This document shows, piece after piece, positions 21,270-31,500 of a stretch of 59,947 bases of DNA. This DNA comes from Naegleria gruberi (taxonomy: Eukaryota): assembly GCA_000004985.1 (NCBI GenBank), contig GG738937.1; one strand, written 5' to 3'. The position numbers and the translations under genes were made by a program. How positions within the stretch are numbered: position 1 is the stretch's first letter; every line of letters begins with the position of its first letter. The notes under the pieces are model-generated. The model searched no databases and was not told where the DNA came from. It saw nothing but the letters and a program-made list of their open reading frames with translations.

Positions 21270-21642
21270 TTATTGCTTCTTGGTTTCCTTCTTTTCTGGG
21301 TGGTTAATGTAAGACTTCTTCAAAGTTGGTGGGAGAGCCTTTTCCAATTGTTGAGCCTTAACCTTGTTCTTCATCTTCAAAGTGTAAAGGTATTGTCTGG
21401 TTCTAAGCTTGAACTTGTATGATCTGTTCTTTCTGTCCTTTGACTTGTAGAGGGTGATGCTTCCCTTTTCCTTAGCGGCAACAGCAAGAGCAAGGAATTC
21501 CTTAACGTTCAAGATTTGCTTTGGCTATAATTTTGATGATGAAATAAGATTGTTGATAATTGTGGTGTTTGGGAGATATTCAACATGAAAATTAAATGAA
21601 GGTGGTGTAAGAAAAAAGGATGAGGTGACTGATACATACCAT
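21270..21642 (-). CDS. RPL38: 60S ribosomal protein eL38. Exon 1 is the ATG only (21640-21642), the intron is 21525-21639 (115 bp), and exon 2 is 21270-21524
   Basis: Exon 2 encodes PKQILNVKEFLALAVAAKEKGSITLYKSKDRKNRSYKFKLRTRQYLYTLKMKNKVKAQQLEKALPPTL..., collinear with eL38 (MPRKIEEIKDFL...VKFKVRCSRYLYTL...LPPGL). No in-frame ATG precedes PKQI. An upstream ATG is followed directly by GTATGT, and TTATAG immediately precedes CCAAAG. The exon 2 assignment is strong. The one-codon exon 1 is inferred. Confidence 0.7.
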
Positions 21643-22002
21643 TTTACGATTTTTTTTTCAACAAACTTTTAAAATTTTTGGATGACTTGGAGGTAGTGTA
21701 GTTTACAATAAAGTTTTTAGGCAAGGCATTTTTGACAGAATAAAAGAATTGACAGTTTTGTGTCCCTTCACCAAGATATCTTCTTCATCATCACAACAAT
21801 TTTGGAGGAGCATCATGTGTGATACTATTGGAAATAATAACATTTAATTTTTCTACAGTTTATTAATAGTACAATAATTAATTTTGATTTACAAGTAAAT
21901 GGCACATGAGATAACGTTCGTTACTCCATCATCTTGTGTACTCAATCCATCGGATTCACAATCATCAACATGATGATTCCTAGTATAAAGAGTTGGAATA
22001 AT

Positions 22003-22527
22003 TTAGAATTTCCATGGCTTCTTCTCACTGGCAGCCTTTGGTGTTGCCGAAGTTAATTTACCAAAAGTCTTTAAATCTTCTTCATTCCACTGAGCTGCCT
22101 TGTCCAACATTCTATTGTAGGACTTATCGATTGGATCCGAATATTGAGGACTATCAAGTTTTTCAGCTTTTCCGAACAATTGACTACTTACACAAAAGTA
22201 TCCTTTGTTGTTGATTTATAAATTTCTGTTGGAACAACATATCCTGGATTGATTCTCTACATGCAATTAATTTCCATCATCATCAAGGTTTTATCATCAC
22301 ATCATTTATGAAAATTGAGGTTAACCACTACAACCTACCTTCCATATCGAAAACGATAAATCACTTTGGGCCTTAACTGCTTCCTTCTCCTTTTGTTGTT
22401 GAAGATATTCATTGACAATTTCCATTCGTTCCTCCTTGGTTTTGTGTTTGTTGGCGCTCATTTTCTTCCTTTTTATTTGATGATTTACAGATTTTAAACA
22501 GCTAGTTTTTTCGTAGATAATATGCAA
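22003..22527 (-). CDS. Small conserved-looking protein (133 aa) in three exons: 22339-22527, 22192-22256 and 22003-22150. Introns are 82 bp (22257-22338, GTAGGT...TGTAG) and 41 bp (22151-22191, GTAAGT...GATAG)
   Basis: Spliced product MSANKHKTKEERMEIVNEYLQQQKEKEAVKAQSDLSFSIWKRINPGYVVPTEIYKSTTKDTFVPQYSDPIDKSYNRMLDKAAQWNEEDLKTFGKLTSATPKAASEKKPWKF. Both splices restore a single open frame. Exons 2 and 3 lie antisense to the spurious ORF at 22014-22214. Function not recognised. Confidence 0.45.
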
Positions 22528-25500
22528 AAGACACTTATTGATGAGGATGACCTTGAAATATCTCTCCTATCATAATATTAATACAATGATAATGAGTGAA
22601 TTTATACAGCAATACTCTAATAACAATATCAAGGTGATTCTTGAGTGACTGATTACATTGTGGAGTGAACATTAACAACTTTCCCTCCAAAATTTCAAAG
22701 CCTTAAATTGTGATTACCACTAAAAAAATTGCCATCATCAAAACTACTGATTGACTACTCAACTACGTAACAATGTTTGAGCATAGTGCAAGGACTATCN
22801 NNNNNNNNNNNNNNNNNNNNNNNNNNNNNNNNNNNNNNNNNNNNNNNNNNNNNNNNNNNNNNNNNNNNNNNNNNNNNNNNNNNNNNNNNNNNNNNNNNNN
22901 NNNNNNNNNNNNNNNNNNNNNNNNNNNNNNNNNNNNNNNNNNNNNNNNNNNNNNNNNNNNNNNNNNNNNNNNNNNNNNNNNNNNNNNNNNNNNNNNNNNN
23001 NNNNNNNNNNNNNNNNNNNNNNNNNNNNNNNNNNNNNNNNNNNNNNNNNNNNNNNNNNNNNNNNNNNNNNNNNNNNNNNNNNNNNNNNNNNNNNNNNNNN
23101 NNNNNNNNNNNNNNNNNNNNNNNNNNNNNNNNNNNNNNNNNNNNNNNNNNNNNNNNNNNNNNNNNNNNNNNNNNNNNNNNNNNNNNNNNNNNNNNNNNNN
23201 NNNNNNNNNNNNNNNNNNNNNNNNNNNNNNNNNNNNNNNNNNNNNNNNNNNNNNNNNNNNNNNNNNNNNNNNNNNNNNNNNNNNNNNNNNNNNNNNNNNN
23301 NNNNNNNNNNNNNNNNNNNNNNNNNNNNNNNNNNNNNNNNNNNNNNNNNNNNNNNNNNNNNNNNNNNNNNNNNNNNNNNNNNNNNNNNNNNNNNNNNNNN
23401 NNNNNNNNNNNNNNNNNNNNNNNNNNNNNNNNNNNNNNNNNNNNNNNNNNNNNNNNNNNNNNNNNNNNNNNNNNNNNNNNNNNNNNNNNNNNNNNNNNNN
23501 NNNNNNNNNNNNNNNNNNNNNNNNNNNNNNNNNNNNNNNNNNNNNNNNNNNNNNNNNNNNNNNNNNNNNNNNNNNNNNNNNNNNNNNNNNNNNNNNNNNN
23601 NNNNNNNNNNNNNNNNNNNNNNNNNNNNNNNNNNNNNNNNNNNNNNNNNNNNNNNNNNNNNNNNNNNNNNNNNNNNNNNNNNNNNNNNNNNNNNNNNNNN
23701 NNNNNNNNNNNNNNNNNNNNNNNNNNNNNNNNNNNNNNNNNNNNNNNNNNNNNNNNNNNNNNNNNNNNNNNNNNNNNNNNNNNNNNNNNNNNNNNNNNNN
23801 NNNNNNNNNNNNNNNNNNNNNNNNNNNNNNNNNNNNNNNNNNNNNNNNNNNNNNNNNNNNNNNNNNNNNNNNNNNNNNNNNNNNNNNNNNNNNNNNNNNN
23901 NNNNNNNNNNNNNNNNNNNNNNNNNNNNNNNNNNNNNNNNNNNNNNNNNNNNNNNNNNNNNNNNNNNNNNNNNNNNNNNNNNNNNNNNNNNNNNNNNNNN
24001 NNNNNNNNNNNNNNNNNNNNNNNNNNNNNNNNNNNNNNNNNNNNNNNNNNNNNNNNNNNNNNNNNNNNNNNNNNNNNNNNNNNNNNNNNNNNNNNNNNNN
24101 NNNNNNNNNNNNNNNNNNNNNNNNNNNNNNNNNNNNNNNNNNNNNNNNNNNNNNNNNNNNNNNNNNNNNNNNNNNNNNNNNNNNNNNNNNNNNNNNNNNN
24201 NNNNNNNNNNNNNNNNNNNNNNNNNNNNNNNNNNNNNNNNNNNNNNNNNNNNNNNNNNNNNNNNNNNNNNNNNNNNNNNNNNNNNNNNNNNNNNNNNNNN
24301 NNNNNNNNNNNNNNNNNNNNNNNNNNNNNNNNNNNNNNNNNNNNNNNNNNNNNNNNNNNNNNNNNNNNNNNNNNNNNNNNNNNNNNNNNNNNNNNNNNNN
24401 NNNNNNNNNNNNNNNNNNNNNNNNNNNNNNNNNNNNNNNNNNNNNNNNNNNNNNNNNNNNNNNNNNNNNNNNNNNNNNNNNNNNNNNNNNNNNNNNNNNN
24501 NNNNNNNNNNNNNNNNNNNNNNNNNNNNNNNNNNNNNNNNNNNNNNNNNNNNNNNNNNNNNNNNNNNNNNNNNNNNNNNNNNNNNNNNNNNNNNNNNNNN
24601 NNNNNNNNNNNNNNNNNNNNNNNNNNNNNNNNNNNNNNNNNNNNNNNNNNNNNNNNNNNNNNNNNNNNNNNNNNNNNNNNNNNNNNNNNNNNNNNNNNNN
24701 NNNNNNNNNNNNNNNNNNNNNNNNNNNNNNNNNNNNNNNNNNNNNNNNNNNNNNNNNNNNNNNNNNNNNNNNNNNNNNNNNNNNNNNNNNNNNNNNNNNN
24801 NNNNNNNNNNNNNNNNNNNNNNNNNNNNNNNNNNNNNNNNNNNNNNNNNNNNNNNNNNNNNNNNNNNNNNNNNNNNNNNNNNNNNNNNNNNNNNNNNNNN
24901 NNNNNNNNNNNNNNNNNNNNNNNNNNNNNNNNNNNNNNNNNNNNNNNNNNNNNNNNNNNNNNNNNNNNNNNNNNNNNNNNNNNNNNNNNNNNNNNNNNNN
25001 NNNNNNNNNNNNNNNNNNNNNNNNNNNNNNNNNNNNNNNNNNNNNNNNNNNNNNNNNNNNNNNNNNNNNNNNNNNNNNNNNNNNNNNNNNNNNNNNNNNN
25101 NNNNNNNNNNNNNNNNNNNNNNNNNNNNNNNNNNNNNNNNNNNNNNNNNNNNNNNNNNNNNNNNNNNNNNNNNNNNNNNNNNNNNNNNNNNNNNNNNNNN
25201 NNNNNNNNNNNNNNNNNNNNNNNNNNNNNNNNNNNNNNNNNNNNNNNNNNNNNNNNNNNNNNNNNNNNNNNNNNNNNNNNNNNNNNNNNNNNNNNNNNNN
25301 NNNNNNNNNNNNNNNNNNNNNNNNNNNNNNNNNNNNNNNNNNNNNNNNNNNNNNNNNNNNNNNNNNNNNNNNNNNNNNNNNNNNNNNNNNNNNNNNNNNN
25401 NNNNNNNNNNNNNNNNNNNNNNNNNNNNNNNNNNNNNNNNNNNNNNNNNNNNNNNNNNNNNNNNNNNNNNNNNNNNNNNNNNNNNNNNNNNNNNNNNNNN

Positions 25501-28500
25501 NNNNNNNNNNNNNNNNNNNNNNNNNNNNNNNNNNNNNNNNNNNNNNNNNNNNNNNNNNNNNNNNNNNNNNNNNNNNNNNNNNNNNNNNNNNNNNNNNNNN
25601 NNNNNNNNNNNNNNNNNNNNNNNNNNNNNNNNNNNNNNNNNNNNNNNNNNNNNNNNNNNNNNNNNNNNNNNNNNNNNNNNNNNNNNNNNNNNNNNNNNNN
25701 NNNNNNNNNNNNNNNNNNNNNNNNNNNNNNNNNNNNNNNNNNNNNNNNNNNNNNNNNNNNNNNNNNNNNNNNNNNNNNNNNNNNNNNNNNNNNNNNNNNN
25801 NNNNNNNNNNNNNNNNNNNNNNNNNNNNNNNNNNNNNNNNNNNNNNNNNNNNNNNNNNNNNNNNNNNNNNNNNNNNNNNNNNNNNNNNNNNNNNNNNNNN
25901 NNNNNNNNNNNNNNNNNNNNNNNNNNNNNNNNNNNNNNNNNNNNNNNNNNNNNNNNNNNNNNNNNNNNNNNNNNNNNNNNNNNNNNNNNNNNNNNNNNNN
26001 NNNNNNNNNNNNNNNNNNNNNNNNNNNNNNNNNNNNNNNNNNNNNNNNNNNNNNNNNNNNNNNNNNNNNNNNNNNNNNNNNNNNNNNNNNNNNNNNNNNN
26101 NNNNNNNNNNNNNNNNNNNNNNNNNNNNNNNNNNNNNNNNNNNNNNNNNNNNNNNNNNNNNNNNNNNNNNNNNNNNNNNNNNNNNNNNNNNNNNNNNNNN
26201 NNNNNNNNNNNNNNNNNNNNNNNNNNNNNNNNNNNNNNNNNNNNNNNNNNNNNNNNNNNNNNNNNNNNNNNNNNNNNNNNNNNNNNNNNNNNNNNNNNNN
26301 NNNNNNNNNNNNNNNNNNNNNNNNNNNNNNNNNNNNNNNNNNNNNNNNNNNNNNNNNNNNNNNNNNNNNNNNNNNNNNNNNNNNNNNNNNNNNNNNNNNN
26401 NNNNNNNNNNNNNNNNNNNNNNNNNNNNNNNNNNNNNNNNNNNNNNNNNNNNNNNNNNNNNNNNNNNNNNNNNNNNNNNNNNNNNNNNNNNNNNNNNNNN
26501 NNNNNNNNNNNNNNNNNNNNNNNNNNNNNNNNNNNNNNNNNNNNNNNNNNNNNNNNNNNNNNNNNNNNNNNNNNNNNNNNNNNNNNNNNNNNNNNNNNNN
26601 NNNNNNNNNNNNNNNNNNNNNNNNNNNNNNNNNNNNNNNNNNNNNNNNNNNNNNNNNNNNNNNNNNNNNNNNNNNNNNNNNNNNNNNNNNNNNNNNNNNN
26701 NNNNNNNNNNNNNNNNNNNNNNNNNNNNNNNNNNNNNNNNNNNNNNNNNNNNNNNNNNNNNNNNNNNNNNNNNNNNNNNNNNNNNNNNNNNNNNNNNNNN
26801 NNNNNNNNNNNNNNNNNNNNNNNNNNNNNNNNNNNNNNNNNNNNNNNNNNNNNNNNNNNNNNNNNNNNNNNNNNNNNNNNNNNNNNNNNNNNNNNNNNNN
26901 NNNNNNNNNNNNNNNNNNNNNNNNNNNNNNNNNNNNNNNNNNNNNNNNNNNNNNNNNNNNNNNNNNNNNNNNNNNNNNNNNNNNNNNNNNNNNNNNNNNN
27001 NNNNNNNNNNNNNNNNNNNNNNNNNNNNNNNNNNNNNNNNNNNNNNNNNNNNNNNNNNNNNNNNNNNNNNNNNNNNNNNNNNNNNNNNNNNNNNNNNNNN
27101 NNNNNNNNNNNNNNNNNNNNNNNNNNNNNNNNNNNNNNNNNNNNNNNNNNNNNNNNNNNNNNNNNNNNNNNNNNNNNNNNNNNNNNNNNNNNNNNNNNNN
27201 NNNNNNNNNNNNNNNNNNNNNNNNNNNNNNNNNNNNNNNNNNNNNNNNNNNNNNNNNNNNNNNNNNNNNNNNNNNNNNNNNNNNNNNNNNNNNNNNNNNN
27301 NNNNNNNNNNNNNNNNNNNNNNNNNNNNNNNNNNNNNNNNNNNNNNNNNNNNNNNNNNNNNNNNNNNNNNNNNNNNNNNNNNNNNNNNNNNNNNNNNNNN
27401 NNNNNNNNNNNNNNNNNNNNNNNNNNNNNNNNNNNNNNNNNNNNNNNNNNNNNNNNNNNNNNNNNNNNNNNNNNNNNNNNNNNNNNNNNNNNNNNNNNNN
27501 NNNNNNNNNNNNNNNNNNNNNNNNNNNNNNNNNNNNNNNNNNNNNNNNNNNNNNNNNNNNNNNNNNNNNNNNNNNNNNNNNNNNNNNNNNNNNNNNNNNN
27601 NNNNNNNNNNNNNNNNNNNNNNNNNNNNNNNNNNNNNNNNNNNNNNNNNNNNNNNNNNNNNNNNNNNNNNNNNNNNNNNNNNNNNNNNNNNNNNNNNNNN
27701 NNNNNNNNNNNNNNNNNNNNNNNNNNNNNNNNNNNNNNNNNNNNNNNNNNNNNNNNNNNNNNNNNNNNNNNNNNNNNNNNNNNNNNNNNNNNNNNNNNNN
27801 NNNNNNNNNNNNNNNNNNNNNNNNNNNNNNNNNNNNNNNNNNNNNNNNNNNNNNNNNNNNNNNNNNNNNNNNNNNNNNNNNNNNNNNNNNNNNNNNNNNN
27901 NNNNNNNNNNNNNNNNNNNNNNNNNNNNNNNNNNNNNNNNNNNNNNNNNNNNNNNNNNNNNNNNNNNNNNNNNNNNNNNNNNNNNNNNNNNNNNNNNNNN
28001 NNNNNNNNNNNNNNNNNNNNNNNNNNNNNNNNNNNNNNNNNNNNNNNNNNNNNNNNNNNNNNNNNNNNNNNNNNNNNNNNNNNNNNNNNNNNNNNNNNNN
28101 NNNNNNNNNNNNNNNNNNNNNNNNNNNNNNNNNNNNNNNNNNNNNNNNNNNNNNNNNNNNNNNNNNNNNNNNNNNNNNNNNNNNNNNNNNNNNNNNNNNN
28201 NNNNNNNNNNNNNNNNNNNNNNNNNNNNNNNNNNNNNNNNNNNNNNNNNNNNNNNNNNNNNNNNNNNNNNNNNNNNNNNNNNNNNNNNNNNNNNNNNNNN
28301 NNNNNNNNNNNNNNNNNNNNNNNNNNNNNNNNNNNNNNNNNNNNNNNNNNNNNNNNNNNNNNNNNNNNNNNNNNNNNNNNNNNNNNNNNNNNNNNNNNNN
28401 NNNNNNNNNNNNNNNNNNNNNNNNNNNNNNNNNNNNNNNNNNNNNNNNNNNNNNNNNNNNNNNNNNNNNNNNNNNNNNNNNNNNNNNNNNNNNNNNNNNN

Positions 28501-31500
28501 NNNNNNNNNNNNNNNNNNNNNNNNNNNNNNNNNNNNNNNNNNNNNNNNNNNNNNNNNNNNNNNNNNNNNNNNNNNNNNNNNNNNNNNNNNNNNNNNNNNN
28601 NNNNNNNNNNNNNNNNNNNNNNNNNNNNNNNNNNNNNNNNNNNNNNNNNNNNNNNNNNNNNNNNNNNNNNNNNNNNNNNNNNNNNNNNNNNNNNNNNNNN
28701 NNNNNNNNNNNNNNNNNNNNNNNNNNNNNNNNNNNNNNNNNNNNNNNNNNNNNNNNNNNNNNNNNNNNNNNNNNNNNNNNNNNNNNNNNNNNNNNNNNNN
28801 NNNNNNNNNNNNNNNNNNNNNNNNNNNNNNNNNNNNNNNNNNNNNNNNNNNNNNNNNNNNNNNNNNNNNNNNNNNNNNNNNNNNNNNNNNNNNNNNNNNN
28901 NNNNNNNNNNNNNNNNNNNNNNNNNNNNNNNNNNNNNNNNNNNNNNNNNNNNNNNNNNNNNNNNNNNNNNNNNNNNNNNNNNNNNNNNNNNNNNNNNNNN
29001 NNNNNNNNNNNNNNNNNNNNNNNNNNNNNNNNNNNNNNNNNNNNNNNNNNNNNNNNNNNNNNNNNNNNNNNNNNNNNNNNNNNNNNNNNNNNNNNNNNNN
29101 NNNNNNNNNNNNNNNNNNNNNNNNNNNNNNNNNNNNNNNNNNNNNNNNNNNNNNNNNNNNNNNNNNNNNNNNNNNNNNNNNNNNNNNNNNNNNNNNNNNN
29201 NNNNNNNNNNNNNNNNNNNNNNNNNNNNNNNNNNNNNNNNNNNNNNNNNNNNNNNNNNNNNNNNNNNNNNNNNNNNNNNNNNNNNNNNNNNNNNNNNNNN
29301 NNNNNNNNNNNNNNNNNNNNNNNNNNNNNNNNNNNNNNNNNNNNNNNNNNNNNNNNNNNNNNNNNNNNNNNNNNNNNNNNNNNNNNNNNNNNNNNNNNNN
29401 NNNNNNNNNNNNNNNNNNNNNNNNNNNNNNNNNNNNNNNNNNNNNNNNNNNNNNNNNNNNNNNNNNNNNNNNNNNNNNNNNNNNNNNNNNNNNNNNNNNN
29501 NNNNNNNNNNNNNNNNNNNNNNNNNNNNNNNNNNNNNNNNNNNNNNNNNNNNNNNNNNNNNNNNNNNNNNNNNNNNNNNNNNNNNNNNNNNNNNNNNNNN
29601 NNNNNNNNNNNNNNNNNNNNNNNNNNNNNNNNNNNNNNNNNNNNNNNNNNNNNNNNNNNNNNNNNNNNNNNNNNNNNNNNNNNNNNNNNNNNNNNNNNNN
29701 NNNNNNNNNNNNNNNNNNNNNNNNNNNNNNNNNNNNNNNNNNNNNNNNNNNNNNNNNNNNNNNNNNNNNNNNNNNNNNNNNNNNNNNNNNNNNNNNNNNN
29801 NNNNNNNNNNNNNNNNNNNNNNNNNNNNNNNNNNNNNNNNNNNNNNNNNNNNNNNNNNNNNNNNNNNNNNNNNNNNNNNNNNNNNNNNNNNNNNNNNNNN
29901 NNNNNNNNNNNNNNNNNNNNNNNNNNNNNNNNNNNNNNNNNNNNNNNNNNNNNNNNNNNNNNNNNNNNNNNNNNNNNNNNNNNNNNNNNNNNNNNNNNNN
30001 NNNNNNNNNNNNNNNNNNNNNNNNNNNNNNNNNNNNNNNNNNNNNNNNNNNNNNNNNNNNNNNNNNNNNNNNNNNNNNNNNNNNNNNNNNNNNNNNNNNN
30101 NNNNNNNNNNNNNNNNNNNNNNNNNNNNNNNNNNNNNNNNNNNNNNNNNNNNNNNNNNNNNNNNNNNNNNNNNNNNNNNNNNNNNNNNNNNNNNNNNNNN
30201 NNNNNNNNNNNNNNNNNNNNNNNNNNNNNNNNNNNNNNNNNNNNNNNNNNNNNNNNNNNNNNNNNNNNNNNNNNNNNNNNNNNNNNNNNNNNNNNNNNNN
30301 NNNNNNNNNNNNNNNNNNNNNNNNNNNNNNNNNNNNNNNNNNNNNNNNNNNNNNNNNNNNNNNNNNNNNNNNNNNNNNNNNNNNNNNNNNNNNNNNNNNN
30401 NNNNNNNNNNNNNNNNNNNNNNNNNNNNNNNNNNNNNNNNNNNNNNNNNNNNNNNNNNNNNNNNNNNNNNNNNNNNNNNNNNNNNNNNNNNNNNNNNNNN
30501 NNNNNNNNNNNNNNNNNNNNNNNNNNNNNNNNNNNNNNNNNNNNNNNNNNNNNNNNNNNNNNNNNNNNNNNNNNNNNNNNNNNNNNNNNNNNNNNNNNNN
30601 NNNNNNNNNNNNNNNNNNNNNNNNNNNNNNNNNNNNNNNNNNNNNNNNNNNNNNNNNNNNNNNNNNNNNNNNNNNNNNNNNNNNNNNNNNNNNNNNNNNN
30701 NNNNNNNNNNNNNNNNNNNNNNNNNNNNNNNNNNNNNNNNNNNNNNNNNNNNNNNNNNNNNNNNNNNNNNNNNNNNNNNNNNNNNNNNNNNNNNNNNNNN
30801 NNNNNNNNNNNNNNNNNNNNNNNNNNNNNNNNNNNNNNNNNNNNNNNNNNNNNNNNNNNNNNNNNNNNNNNNNNNNNNNNNNNNNNNNNNNNNNNNNNNN
30901 NNNNNNNNNNNNNNNNNNNNNNNNNNNNNNNNNNNNNNNNNNNNNNNNNNNNNNNNNNNNNNNNNNNNNNNNNNNNNNNNNNNNNNNNNNNNNNNNNNNN
31001 NNNNNNNNNNNNNNNNNNNNNNNNNNNNNNNNNNNNNNNNNNNNNNNNNNNNNNNNNNNNNNNNNNNNNNNNNNNNNNNNNNNNNNNNNNNNNNNNNNNN
31101 NNNNNNNNNNNNNNNNNNNNNNNNNNNNNNNNNNNNNNNNNNNNNNNNNNNNNNNNNNNNNNNNNNNNNNNNNNNNNNNNNNNNNNNNNNNNNNNNNNNN
31201 NNNNNNNNNNNNNNNNNNNNNNNNNNNNNNNNNNNNNNNNNNNNNNNNNNNNNNNNNNNNNNNNNNNNNNNNNNNNNNNNNNNNNNNNNNNNNNNNNNNN
31301 NNNNNNNNNNNNNNNNNNNNNNNNNNNNNNNNNNNNNNNNNNNNNNNNNNNNNNNNNNNNNNNNNNNNNNNNNNNNNNNNNNNNNNNNNNNNNNNNNNNN
31401 NNNNNNNNNNNNNNNNNNNNNNNNNNNNNNNNNNNNNNNNNNNNNNNNNNNNNNNNNNNNNNNNNNNNNNNNNNNNNNNNNNNNNNNNNNNNNNNNNNNN

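Noticed and set aside
22014-22214. ORF 22014-22214 on the plus strand
   Set aside because: It lies antisense to exons 2 and 3 of the spliced minus-strand gene at 22003-22527, which has canonical splice sites and an open frame.
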